The translations under genes were made by a program, and so were the position numbers. From Eledone cirrhosa (lineage: Eukaryota), in the NCBI GenBank assembly GCA_964016885.1, contig OZ024740.1, forward strand, positions 210,986,001 through 211,050,000: 64,000 bases of DNA, given 5' to 3'. The notes beneath the pieces were generated by a model. The model made no database searches and was not told the DNA's origin. It was given only the letters and a program-made list of their open reading frames with translations. Below are positions 11,591-25,961 of this stretch, piece by piece; the stretch's first letter is position 1; each line of letters begins with the position of its first letter.

Positions 11591-14500
11591 TACACAAACA
11601 TTGGTATAATCAAAAGACTAACTATTGTTATTACTAACACACACATTGGTATAATCAAAAGACTAACTACTGCTACTACTAACACACACATTGGTATAAT
11701 CAAAAGACTAACTACTGCTACTACTAACACACACATTGGTATAATCAAAAGACTAACTACTGCTACTGCTAACACACACATTGGTATATTCAAAAGACTA
11801 ACTACTGCTTCTACTAACACACACATTGGTATAATCAAAAGACTAACTACTGCTACTACTAACACACACATTGGTATATTCAAAAGACTAACTACTGCTT
11901 CTACTAACACAAACATTGGTATAATCAAAAGACTAACTACTGCTTCTACTAACACACACATTGGTATAATCAAAAGACTAACTACTGCTTCTACTAACAC
12001 ACACATTGGTATATTCAAAAGACTAACTACTGCTACTACTAACACACACATTGGTATATTCAAAAGACTAACTACTGCTAACACACACATTGGTATAATC
12101 AAAAGACTAACTACTGCTTCTACTAACACACACATTGGTATATTCAAAAGACTAACTACTGCTTCTACTAACACACACATTGGTATAATCAAAAGACTAA
12201 CTACTGCTTCTACTAACACACACATTGGTATAATCAAAAGACTAACTACTGCTTCTACTAACACACACATTGGTATATTCAAAAGACTAACTACTGCTTC
12301 TACTAACACACACATTGGTATAATCAAAAGACTAACTACTGCTTCTACTAACACACACATTGGTATATTCAAAAGACTAACTACTGCTTCTACTAACACA
12401 CACATTGGTATAATCAAAAGACTAACTACTGCTTCTACTAACACACACATTGGTATAATCAAAAGACTAACTACTGCTACTACTAACACACACATTGGTA
12501 TAATCAAAAGACTAACTACTGCTACTACTAACACACACATTGGTATAATCAAAAGACTAACTACTGCTAACACACACATTGATATATTCAAAAGACTAAC
12601 TACTGCTACTACTAACACACACATTGGTATAATCAAAAGACTAACTACTGCTACTACTAACACACACATTGGTATAATCAAAAGACTAACTACTGCTACT
12701 ACTAACACACACATTGGTATAATCAAAAGACTAACTACTGCTACTACTAACACACACATTGGTATAATCAAAAGACTAACTACTACTAACACACACATTG
12801 GTATAATCAAAAGACTAACTACTGCTACTACTAACACACACATTGGTATATTCAAAAGACTAACTACTGCTACTACTAACACACACATTGGTATAATCAA
12901 AAGACTAACTACTGCTTCTACTAACACACACATTGGTATAATCAAAAGACTAACTACTGCTTCTACTAACACACACATTGGTATAATCAAAAGACTAACT
13001 ACTGCTACTACTAACACACACATTGGTATATTCAAAAGACTAACTACTGCTACTACTAACACAAACATTGGTATAATCAAAAGACTAACTACTGCTACTA
13101 CTAACACACACATTGGTATATTCAAAAGACTAACTACTGCTACTACTAACACACACATTGGTATAATCAAAAGACTAACTACTGCTTCTACTAACACACA
13201 CATTGGTATAATCAAAAGACTAACTACTGCTTCTACTAACACACACATTGGTATAATCAAAAGACTAACTACTGCTACTACTAACACACACATTGGTATA
13301 TTCAAAAGACTAACTACTGCTACTACTAACACACACATTGGTATAATCAAAAGACTAACTACTGCTACTACTAACACACACATTGGTATATTCAAAAGAC
13401 TAACTACTGCTACTACTAACACACACATTGGTATAATCAAAAGACTAACTACTGCTTCTACTAACACACACATTGGTATAATCAAAAGACTAACTACTGC
13501 TACTACTAACACACACATTGGTATATTCAAAAGACTAACTACTGCTTCTACTAACACACACATTGGTATATTCAAAAGACTAACTACTGCTTCTACTAAC
13601 ACACACATTGGTATATTCAAAAGACTAACTACTGCTACTACTAACACACACATTGGTATATTCAAAAGACTAACTACTGCTAACACACACATTTGTATAA
13701 TCAAAAGACTAACTACTGCTACTACTAACACACACATTGGTATAATCAAAAGACTAACTACTGCTTCTACTAACACACACATTGGTATAATCAAAAGACT
13801 AACTACTGCTACTACTAACACACACATTGGTATAATCAAAAGACTAACTACTGCTTCTACTAACACACACATTGGTATATTCAAAAGACTAACTACTGCT
13901 ACTACTAACACACACATTGGTATATTCAAAAGACTAACTACTGCTAACACACACATTGGTATAATCAAAAGACTAACTACTGCTACTACTAACACACACA
14001 TTGGTATAATCAAAAGACTAACTACCGCTTCTACTAACACACACATTGGTATAATCAAAAGACTAACTACTGCTACTACTAACACACACATTGGTATAAT
14101 CAAAAGACTAACTACTGCTTCTACTAACACACACATTGGTATATTCAAAAGACTAACTACTGCTTCTACTAACACACACATTGGTATATTCAAAAGACTA
14201 ACTACTGCTAACACACACATTGGTATAATCAAAAGACTAACTACTGCTACTACTAACACACACATTGGTATAATCAAAAGACTAACTACTGCTTCTACTA
14301 ACACACACATTGGTATAATCAAAAGACTAACTACTGCTACTACTAACACACACATTGGTATAATCAAAAGACTAACTACTACTAACACACACATTGGTAT
14401 AATCAAAAGACTAACTACTGCTAACACACACATTGGTATAATCAAAAGACTAACTACTGCTACTACTAACACACACATTGGTATATTCAAAAGACTAACT

Positions 14501-17183
14501 ACTGCTTCTACTAACACACACATTGGTATAATCAAAAGACTAACTACTGCTTCTACTAACACACACATTGGTATATTCAAAAGACTAACTACTGCTTCTA
14601 CTAACACACACATTGGTATAATCAAAAGACTAACTACTGCTACTACTAACACACACATTGGTATATTCAAAAGACTAACTACTGCTTCTACTAACACACA
14701 CATTGGTATATTCAAAAGACTAACTACTGCTTCTACTAACACACACATTGGTATAATCAAAAGACTAACTACTGCTACTACTAACACACACATTGGTATA
14801 TTCAAAAGACTAACTACTGCTACTACTAACACAAACATTGGTATAATCAAAAGACTAACTACTGCTACTACTAACACACACATTGGTATATTCAAAAGAC
14901 TAACTACTGCTACTACTAACACACACATTGGTATAATCAAAAGACTAACTACAGCTTCTACTAACACACACATTGGTATAATCAAAAGACTAACTACTGC
15001 TTCTACTAACACACACATTGGTATAATCAAAAGACTAACTACTGCTACTACTAACACACACATTGGTATATTCAAAAGACTAACTACTGCTACTACTAAC
15101 ACACATTGGTATAATCAAAAGACTAACTACTGCTTCTACTAACACACACATTGGTATATTCAAAAGACTAACTACTGCTACTACTAACACACACATTGGT
15201 ATAATCAAAAGACTAACTACTGCTTCTACTAACACACACATTGGTATAATCAAAAGACTAACTACTGCTACTACTAACACACACATTGGTATATTCAAAA
15301 GACTAACTACTGCTTCTACTAACACACACATTGGTATATTCAAAAGACTAACTACTGCTTCTACTAACACACACATTGGTATATTCAAAAGACTAACTAC
15401 TGCTACTACTAACACACACATTGGTATATTCAAAAGACTAACTACTGCTAACACACACATTTGTATAATCAAAAGACTAACTACTGCTACTACTAACACA
15501 CACATTGGTATAATCAAAAGACTAACTACTGCTTCTACTAACACACACATTGGTATAATCAAAAGACTAACTACTGCTACTACTAACACACACATTGGTA
15601 TAATCAAAAGACTAACTACTGCTTCTACTAACACACACATTGGTATATTCAAAAGACTAACTACTGCTACTACTAACACACACATTGGTATATTCAAAAG
15701 ACTAACTACTGCTAACACACACATTGGTATAATCAAAAGACTAACTACTGCTACTACTAACACACACATTGGTATAATCAAAAGACTAACTACTGCTTCT
15801 ACTAACACACACATTGGTATAATCAAAAGACTAACTACTGCTACTACTAACACACACATTGGTATAATCAAAAGACTAACTACTGCTTCTACTAACACAC
15901 ACATTGGTATATTCAAAAGACTAACTACTGCTAACACAAACATTGGTATAATCAAAAGACTAACTACTGCTACTACTAACACACACATTGGTATAATCAA
16001 AAGACTAACTACTGCTTCTACTAACACACACATTGGTATAATCAAAAGACTAACTACTGCTACTACTAACACACACATTGGTATAATCAAAAGACTAACT
16101 ACTACTAACACACACATTGGTATAATCAAAAGACTAACTACTGCTACTGCTAACACACACATTGGTATAATCAAAAGACTAACTACTGCTACTACTAACA
16201 CACACATTGGTATATTCAAAAGACTAACTACTGCTTCTACTAACACACACATTGGTATAATCAAAAGACTAACTACTGCTTCTACTAACACACACATTGG
16301 TATATTCAAAAGACTAACTACTGCTTCTACTAACACACACATTGGTATAATCAAAAGACTAACTACTGCTACTACTAACACACACATTGGTATATTCAAA
16401 AGACTAACTACTGCTTCTACTAACACACACATTGGTATATTCAAAAGACTAACTACTGCTACTACTAACACAAACATTGGTATAATCAAAAGACTAACTA
16501 CTGCTTCTACTAACACACACATTGGTATAATCAAAAGACTAACTACTGCTACTACTAACACAGACATTGGTATATTCAAAAGACTAACTACTGCTTCTAC
16601 TAATACACACATTGGTATAATCAAAAGACTAACTACTGCTTCTACTAACACAAACATTGGTATAATCAAAAGACTAACTACTGCTTCTACTAACACACAC
16701 ATTGGTATATTCAAAAGACTAACTACTGCTTCTACTAACACACACATTGGTATATTCAAAAGACTAACTACTGCTTCTACTAACACACACATTGGTATAA
16801 TCAAAAGACTAACTACTACTAACACACACATTGGTATAATCAAAAGACTAACTACTGCTACTACTAACACACACATTGGTATAATCAAAAGACTAACTAC
16901 TGCTACTACTAACACACACATTGGTATAATCAAAAGACTAACTACTGCTTCTACTAACACACACATTGGTATATTCAAAAGACTAACTACTGCTACTACT
17001 AACACACACATTGGTATAATCAAAAGACTAACTACTGCTTCTACTAACACACACATTGGTATAATCAAAAGACTAACTACTGCTACTACTAACACACACA
17101 TTGGTATAATCAAAAGACTAACTACTGCTACTACTAACACACACATTGGTATAATCAAAAGACTAACTACTGCTTCTACTAAC
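11591..17183. repeat. 45-bp minisatellite (AACACACACATTGGTATAWTCAAAAGACTAACTACTGCTWCTACT)n with 39-bp variants, about 125 units
   Basis: Direct tandem repeat; a 2-bp deletion near 15100 shifts the frame. Confidence 0.97.
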
Positions 17184-18513
17184 TCCTCCATTTTATTTCA
17201 TCTATTTTCCTATAAGTAAAATCTAAATATCTTATAGCAAGTCCTCCTTCCCATCCTACAGCTTTAGTATCTATTGTTAAGGTCATAACTTTTAACATGT
17301 CTTTATCTATTCCATCTCTATATCTGTGTAGCTAATCTATTTCACATAGAGAAAGAGAAATATGTTTTTATGTCTACTTTTCCATGTTGGCATGGGTTGG
17401 ATAGGAATTTTTTAGGTAGTGATTTATGGCCAGATGCCCTTTCTAGCATTAACCCTTTTAGGCACTTTTTACAACTTTCAGGACACCTATTCTAAAATCT
17501 GGAATACACATACATATGGTGCATATCCTTTCCAAGGATGATGGAACCAATCCCCTATTTTTATTGATGACATATTCTTTTGTTTTCATTGTTTAGTTAG
17601 GAAAAGAAGGGTCATTCTCATATGACCCTTTTCCTGAACTGAGACTGGAAGTTGGAAGGAAGATACTGTCAAACCTAACCAGAATCCTTGCAACAAAGGG
17701 TACTGTGCTAAAGTCACCCAAAGGCTAGGTGATGGTGTTAATCTGAGTGACAGATTAAGTAGGCCACAGCAGGATTTAACTCAGAATGTCAAGAATCAGA
17801 ACTTTGCAAAGTATCTTGTCCCACATTCTAATAATACCATCAAACCATCACACCATCACATTGGATTGTCATTTTATTTTATCAACCCCCAATGGCCCTG
17901 CAAATTTGTTGCTTAACAGGTGAGGTGAAATCTGAGAGCAAAGAAATCAAATTTTACGACAAAAAGCTCCCAGTCCACACTGTAAAGAGGTTGTGTAGGC
18001 ATCATGACAAAAAACACCCAGTCCACACTGTAAAGTGGTCATATAGGTGTCATGACAAAAAGCACCCAGTCCATGCTGTAATGTGGTTATGTAGGTGTCA
18101 TGACAAAAAGCACCCAGTCCCCACTGTAAAGTGGTCATGTAGGTGATATGATGAAAAGTCCAAACTGTAAAGTGGTTGTGGAGGTGTGATGACAAAAAGC
18201 ACCGAGTCCAAACAGTAAAGTGGTCGTGAAGGCATCACAGCAAAAAGCACCCAGCACACACTGTAAATGTGGTTGGCGTTAGGAACCAAGCCAAAATCAG
18301 TTCTGTGTAAGTGAATCACGGTTCTCCGACCTGATCTCTCACAAAGGAACAGCCTGTCCTACCCATGCTAGTGTAGATGGACATTAAACAATGATGTATA
18401 TACATAGCCAATGTCTCAGACTTTCGTGAAGCGCTGAGGGGATAAAGTTAATATAAAGAGTGGTGTTCATGCATGGAGATGCTATAAAATAGCTGATAAA
18501 ATGATCGCGTTAA

Positions 18514-18734
18514 CCCTTTAGCATTTAAACTGGCCATATCTGGCCAGAATTCTCTCACCTCCTTCTGTTCAGACCGACTGTAACCAGCTGTTCATACTGA
18601 TGTTAATGTATTGTTCACAAAATAAATAATATCAAAATTTCATAGATACGATGTTATGCGAGATAATTATGTGATGTAAAGCCTTTACTGTGAAAATACA
18701 ATAGTATATATAGGGTAATGTAAATGCTAAAGGG
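18514..18734. mobile_element. 221-bp piggyBac-like MITE
   Basis: TTAA TSDs (18510-13, 18735-38) and TIR CCCTTTAGCATTTA. A second copy lies at 33889-34109. Confidence 0.9.
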
Positions 18735-19034
18735 TTAAAGACGAATGGCAACCTCTTTTTCAATCTTTTAAGGGTCTTCACCCTACTTTATAAGCTATTT
18801 TATAACATCTCCACATATTAGCACACCACTGTTTATATTAATAATTGTTTCTACTTTTGGCACAAGGCCAGCAATTACCCAGTGCATTACTGGTACTTTA
18901 TTTTATCGACCCCGTAAAGATGAAAGGCAAAGCTAACCTCAGCGGGGTTTAAACTCAGAACTGTTTATATTAATAATGAAACCTATTTTTGAAGATATGT
19001 TAGCAGTCGTTAAAAATTAAAAAAGACAACTTAC

Positions 19035-20049
19035 CAGCATTTGATCTTAGCATGGTTCCAGTACCAGGTGCAGCAACGTTAGCTGTATTATTAACAAATT
19101 CCTTATTACAAACATGTGTATGCTCAGACAATGCAGAGTCCATATTTCCACAGGGTGGCCCACTGTTACTACTGGCTTCTCCACAACTGGTGCTACCTGA
19201 GGCAATCTTTGACTGCAGTCGGCTGAGATCGGTGAAATTCTTGATGCAAATTGGAGTAGTATGCATTGGTTGAGCTGCTAGGGCTGTAGCATTGCTCTGA
19301 TTAGTGGGGGGAGGTGCTGCTGCAGCTGTAGGGGGCATCGGCACATTTATTTGCATATTTGGCCGCATCACTGGGTATGATTGAGGAGCTGATGCATGAA
19401 CTTGGGTTGTGGAAAACTGCATTATTTGAGTGTTAGGTGCACGAGGTTGTTGGGCTGGGGCGTAGTGAGGATAGTTATGATATGGAACATACTGGCTTTG
19501 GAGTTGTGTAGCATTAGCTGTAGGACTATTTCCAGTTGGCTGTCCAATACTAATTGGTGGTCCAACATTCAAAGGTACGTTTGAAGTGGATACAGGAGCT
19601 TGACTAGGAGGTGTGGTGGGTCGATATGTTCCAGTACTATTGAAGTTATAACCTATTTGTGGGCTAGACGCAGCCATTGTATAATATTGTGGAGTTTGAG
19701 GGGTGTAGTTATTTTGTCCATAGGATGGATAACTAGATGGGCAAGTGGTATAGCCTGGTATCGCAGAATCAACTTGGCCAACAGTTGGCTGTGGGACATA
19801 ATTGGAGTTTGGATAAGCTTCAGTATTGGGTGGTGATGTGACCGACTGATATGGATAGCTTGGCACTCCTGTAATAAAGGGTTGATGATACTGGCCAACA
19901 TTAGTAGAGCCAGGTTGAGCAGCTGCTGATTGGCTATCTATAGCAACAGCAGTAGGATTCTGGCCTTGTTGTTGGCCAGATGATAGGAGAGGAACTGGAA
20001 GCATGTAGCGGAAAGCTTGTCCACTGACACCATGAGTAGTTGGGTAGCC
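19035..20049 (-). CDS. R3HDM1/R3HDM2/ARPP21: R3HDM-family large Q/P/Y/S-rich low-complexity exon, 1015 nt
   Basis: Stop-free for 338 codons inside ORF 19000..20160. Acceptor atttacag|GGC, donor GCTG|gtaagt. Confidence 0.9.
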
Positions 20050-21347
20050 CTGTAAATAAATAACATAGAATAACATTTGCACATTTTTGAAACTATGTTT
20101 AATTTTACAGGATAAAAGCTGTTTTAAGACAGAAGATAAATGATAATGATATAACCTCATTATTTGAAATAAGAATACTGGCAGTGTATGACAGGAGAAG
20201 GTTGACAGTCAATAGAATGTTTATAAAACACTCAGTAATGGAACAAACCATTCCAAGTATTGCAAAACAACAAGAGCATCCATTTCCCATATGAAGTCCA
20301 TGATGCAATAAAATAATAGCTAGGTTTTACAGGAAAGTTTAAGAGATCTGCCAAAGAGGAAATTATATCTTGATAATCATTTTCTGAATCACAGAATCTA
20401 TAAAACTAATGCTTATCTCCATAATGAGGAATACACTTCTCATTGGATATGGTGCTGTTTTATCAGATCACTTTACTTGCTAGAACAATTGAACTTCATA
20501 CAGCAAAGCAGTTGATCCCTAATCAATTCCACAACAATGTTGCTACCAACCAGTGTGATATCTAATGAGGGTTAAGTGACCTGCTATCAAACAACAATGT
20601 GTTGGTGACAAGATATAAATGACCATCCATTGCTGATATACATTGGTGAAGGATAAAGACACATGTACACATACAATGAAGTTCTGCACAGTTTCTAATA
20701 ACTAAATTCAACTCGCACGGTAATGTCAATTCAACACTATGACAGACAGAACAACATTGGTTGTGAAGTGACCTTAAGTACACAGCCATGATACATAAAC
20801 AATATAACAGTGCTAGTACCAATGTTATGCACTCAATGCAGAAACTAAAAGCTATGATAAACACACTTTCATATTTCTATAAATTTCAATTTTGAGTAGA
20901 CCATTCCTGTACAATTTTATTTCAACCCTTTTAATACCAACCCAGCCAAAACCAGCCCTGGTTCTATGAAAAAAACCATCTATTTCAAACAATTCCTATA
21001 TAAATTTATATCTTCTGGCATGATATTGTACAAGAACCATATTTTAAGTTAATATATTAGTCTAAAGTCTGTCTCATGCCAGGAGGCTCCTCAAGCTAAT
21101 GCTTTTCCCGGTTTCGTGGCATGAAGTGACCGAGAGTACAAGAGTTCCCCTGGACAGGACACCTGTCCATCGCAAGGTTAAACCCCCAGCTATTTTGCTG
21201 GTACTACTCATTCCAGCTGAGTATACTGGAGCAACGTGAAATGAAGTGTTTTGCTCAAGAACACAACATGCAACTCAATTAATTAATTGAAAGAGAGGAT
21301 ATTTGATTATAAATACAGCAATGTTAAACTAATATATTGGAGCTTAC

Positions 21348-21608
21348 CTGTTGATACGCAGCAGTAGGTTGAGTGCAACTAGTTTGTACTTGGTTTGTAG
21401 CTGTGGAATTACCATATAAAATTTGCCTCGATGCACCAGGAAGTTCATTAAGACCATCAGTCTGTTGTTGCTGCTGCTGCTGTTGTTGTTGTTGTTGTTG
21501 TTGCTGCTGCTGTTGTTGTTGTTGTTGTTGCTGCTGCTGCTGCTGCTGCTGTTGACTCAAACTTACTGATCCTAACTGTTGTGATAATTCAGTCATTCCA
21601 TTGGAATC
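21348..21608 (-). CDS. R3HDM1/R3HDM2/ARPP21: R3HDM-family exon with 31-Gln tract (DSNGMTELSQQLGSVSLS-Q31-TDG...AYQQ)
   Basis: Acceptor aaacag|GAT, donor CAG|gtaagc, phase 0-0. ELSQQLGSVSL resembles the family's LxxQFGxMxL motif. Confidence 0.88.
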
Positions 21609-23923
21609 CTGTTTGAATATTCATCAAAACAAAATGGATGTAAAACGATGATGATGAATTATAAAACATGATATATTTATCATGAGAGGTTTAAGAGATA
21701 TATATCTATACGATACAGAGTTATTTGTTGTTGCAATGTAAATATTAGGATATTATATGGTGTATATAAAGAATTATTAGACATTACATTTCGGTATAAC
21801 AAATGTCTATGTGTGGTGCCATAACACCTGAGGGAGTCATAAGGACGCTGTAGTGACATATGGCATTTCTTGGGTATTTTTCAAGCCTTGCAGAGCCCAT
21901 CTCTCCATATCTGATCACAGCAGATTTCTTCCAGAGAAGGATAGGGATTAAGAGAATGGAAGCGAGAAAGAGATATAGAGGAAAAATCGACCCCAGTACA
22001 AGACTGGTATTTTTTTTTTTTTTATCGACCTCGAATGGATGAAAGGCAAAGTTGATCTCGGCAGGATTTGAAACAAATACCACAAATTAATCTATCTGAC
22101 ATTCTCACAAATGTCTGCCTATAATAAATGTCTAGAGAATGCAATTATTCTATGGCCTATTTAGAATTTATTAATTCTAGCTAGCTACCATGTAGTAACT
22201 AGTTAATTCTAGCTAGCTATCATGTAGTAACTAGTTAATTCTAGCTAGCTACCATGTAGTAACTAGTTAATCCTAGCTAGCTATCATGTAGTAACTGGTT
22301 AATTCTAGCTAGCTATCATGTAGTAACTAGTTAAGTCTAGCTAGCTATCATGTAGTAACTAGTTAATTCTAGCTAGCTATCATGTAGTAACTGGTAAATC
22401 CTAGCTAGCTATCATGTAGTAACTGGTTAATTCTAGTGAGCTATCATGTAGTAACTGGTTAATTCTAGCTAGCTACCATGTAGTAACTAGTTAATTCTAG
22501 CTAGCTATCATGTAGTAACTGGTTAATTCTAGCTAGCTATCATGTAGTAACTGGTTAATTCTAGCTAGCTACCATGTAGTAACTAGTTAATTCTAGCTAG
22601 CTATCATGTAGTAACTGGTTAATTCTAGCTAGCTATCATGTAGTAACTGGTTAATTCTAGCTAGCTATCATGCAGTAACTAGTTAATTCTAGCTAGCTAT
22701 CATGAAGTAACTAGTTAATCCTAGCTAGCTATCATGTAGTAACTAGTTAATCCTAGCTAGCTATCATGTAGTAACTGGTTAATTCTAGCTAGCTATCATG
22801 TAGTAACTGGTTAATTCTAGCTAGCTATCATGTAGTAACTAGTTAAGTCTAGCTAGCTATCATGTAGTAACTGGTTAATTCTAGCTAGCTATCATGTAGT
22901 AACTGGTTAATTCTAGCTAGCTATCATGTAGTAACTGGTTAATCCTAGCTAGCTATCATGTAGTAACTGGTTAATTCTAGCTAGCTATCATGTAGTAACT
23001 GGTTAATTCTAGCTAGCTAACATGTAGTAACTAGTTAATTCTAGCTAGCTATCATGTAGTAACTGGTTAATTCTAGCTAGCTATCATGTAGTAACTGGTT
23101 AATTCTAGCTAGCTATCATGTAGTAACTAGTTAATTCTAGCTAGCTATCATGTAGTAACTAGTTAAGTCTAGCTAGCTATCATGTAGTAACTGGTTAATT
23201 CTAGCTAGCTATCATGTAGTAACTGGTTAATTCTAGCTAACTATCATGTAGTAACTAGTTAATTCTAGCTAGCTATCATGTAGTAACTAGTTAAGTCTAG
23301 CTATCTATCATGTAGTAACTGGTTAATTCTAGCTAGCTATCATGTAGTAACTAGTTAATTCTAGCTAGCTATCATGTAGTAACTAGTTAATTCTAGCTAG
23401 CTATCATGTAGTAACTGGTTAATTCTAGCTAGCTATCATGTAGTAACTGGTTAATTCTAGCTAGCTATCATGTAGTAACTAGTTAATTCTAGCTAGCTAT
23501 CATGTAGTAACTAGTTAATTCTAGCTAGCTATCATGTAGTAACTGGTTAATTCTAGCTAGCTATCATGTAGTAACTGGTTTTCTAGCTAGCTATCATGTA
23601 GTAACTAGTTAAGTCTAGCTATCTATCATGTAGTAACTGGTTAATTCTAGCTAGCTATCATGTAGTAACTAGTTAATTCTAGCTAGCTATCATGTAGTAA
23701 CTGGTTAATTCTAGCTATCTATCATGTAGTAACTAGTTAAGTCTAGCTATCTATCATGTAGTAACTGGTTAATTCTAGCTAGCTATCATGTAGTAACTGG
23801 TTAATCCTAGCTAGCTATCATGTAGTAACTGGTTAATTCTAGCTAGCTATCATGTAGTAACTGGTTAATTCTAGCTAGCTATCATGTAGTAACTGGTTAA
23901 TTCTAGCTAGCTATCATGTAGTA

Positions 23924-25961
23924 TGGTAGATAAAGTAGAAGAGGCACTTAGGAGTGGCAATGTAGCCAGCGTGCTAATGACGAGAACGGCCTTGGACCAG
24001 TTCTTTGACGCAAAGCACGAAGGCTGCGTTGTCAGGAGCAAAATACATGCTCCGGGAAATGAGGAAGCCAAAGCTGTTAGCTGGGCCAGAGTGACGGAGG
24101 CGAAAAGCGGCAACAAGTCCATGATTCAATATTTGAGGGACCAAGATGGACGAGAATAAGGGAGATGACATAGGCAACTTCCGGCCCATAACTCTGTTAA
24201 ACACAGAGTTACAGATTTTGGTCAAGGTGTTGGCAAAGAGGCTGGCGCTTGTCGTCAAAAACCTGGTGGGAGAAGCGCAGACATGCGCAATCCCAACCAG
24301 GTCCATACACGACAACCTCCACCTCATGCGATACATCATAGAGAGGGTAGGGTGTAAACCCAGCTTCGGTGGGGCCCTGATCAACTTGGATCAGTCTAAG
24401 GCTTTTGATAGGGTTGACCATCGTTACCTGGATGCGGTGCTCGAGGCGGCAGGCTTCGGACCTGTGTTCAGGGGCTGGATTGTTGCAATGCACAGCAGCA
24501 ACATCTGCTCAAGGGTCAAGGTGAACACCTCTCAGAGCTGTTCCATATCACGCGATCGATCTGACAGGGATGCCCTCTCTCCTCCCTTCTGTACGTACTG
24601 ACTCTCGAGCCACTACTACGGAAGTTGGAGCTATTGCAGGGCATCCCTTTGGAACCGGGACTGCGAAAAGCCGCGTCGGCCTACGCCGACAACGTGACAG
24701 TAATGGTGTCGAGCACCTCGCAAATCGGGGAGGCCGGCACCTTACTGAAGGAATATGAAAGGTTCACGGGAGCGAAGCTGAACCGGAACAAATTCGTCGG
24801 TTTGCAACTCGGAACGTGGAGAGTCAAACCGATGCCTTCCGGTGGCGTCGTCGGACGCTGGACAGAAGGACCGGTAAAGCTGTTCGGAGTCTGGTTTGGT
24901 CCGGACCTCCAGGTGGAGAAGAACTGGAACAAGATGACGGCTAAGGTGTTTGCGTTCACCCAGAAGTGGGCCGAGTGCAAACTATCCTTGACAGGTCGAG
25001 CGGAGGTGGCGAACACTTTTATAGCATCTGTCATCTACTACCGCTTGACCATCGTGCCTTGTCCAGCCAAAACGCTCACCAAAATGGAGCGCGCGCTCTT
25101 CCAATTCCTTTGGAAGAAATGAGCTCCTTTGGTGAGAAGATCCATCTGCTGCCAACACTCTTCAAACGGAGGGCTGGGAATGCTGTGGCTGACGATGCGC
25201 AAACATGCGCTCAGCCTGCGGCACCTCCACGTATTCTTCACTGGACAACTGGTGTGGGCCCCATTCGTGAGGCGAGCCTTCCCACGACTCGTCTCGCTGA
25301 CCGAGCTGCAGTCCTGGGTCAAGCAAAGACCGAGGAAAATGGGCGACTGGCACATGGAATGTGCTCAGGCGCTCACAGTCCTCTGGCAAATGGACCCAGC
25401 GATCAGTGGAGACTCCACTTTGTCATTCTATAGAGGGTTGGTCCGCAGCAAGTGCGACGACGCGCTCGGAGAAACTCTAGGCGTAGAGGAGGATGAACTG
25501 GCCAGTCTGTTCAGTAGGACCTTCCGTCCGGGACCAATGGACAACTTCCAAAAGTCCCTGGCCTGGCAGTGCTACCGAGGAGCTCTACCAGTTCGAGACA
25601 AGCTCTACAGACACGGGCGCCCGGGCAGGGACCCTTCGTAAAAGATGTCCGAGATGCGTGCGCGACAAGGAAACCGTTGCGCACGCATTTGTACACTGCC
25701 CGGGTGTTACCGACCTGTGGGGCTATGTAGAACGACTATTGAGGAAGAGAGGAAGGGAGTACTCGCTCTTGGTGCTCCTGGAGATGAAGGTTGTACATTT
25801 TTTCGGGGTGTGTACAACCCCTGTGTAACGCCTCCCCCCTATTGGGGATTTCAATTGTTATTTGTTATTTTATTAATAGTTTTATTTTCATATACCTCTA
25901 TGTAAACTCCCCATTTGTATTTGTCCCCTTCTTTTGTACCCTTGAGGCTAATAAAGAAATT
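23924..25961 (+). mobile_element. 5'-truncated, decayed Tx1-clade element (related subfamily) in the same minisatellite
   Basis: Collinear with roughly 28700-31480, but has two internal deletions, a 4-bp frameshift near 24527, premature stops (24562, 25120, 25639) and YADD>YADN. Flanked by a 12-bp TSD TATCATGTAGTA (23912-23923 and 25962-25973); ends AATAAAGAAATT. Confidence 0.95.

Noticed and set aside
6570-17191. Giant ORFs of 700-1280 aa as protein-coding genes, or the arrays as CRISPR
   Set aside because: Pure tandem minisatellites with no unique spacers and no cas genes. The ORFs arise because unit lengths are multiples of 3, and the host exons splice in frame across them.
21373-21555. 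Poly-Cys ORF on + strand
   Set aside because: Antisense reading of the polyQ exon.
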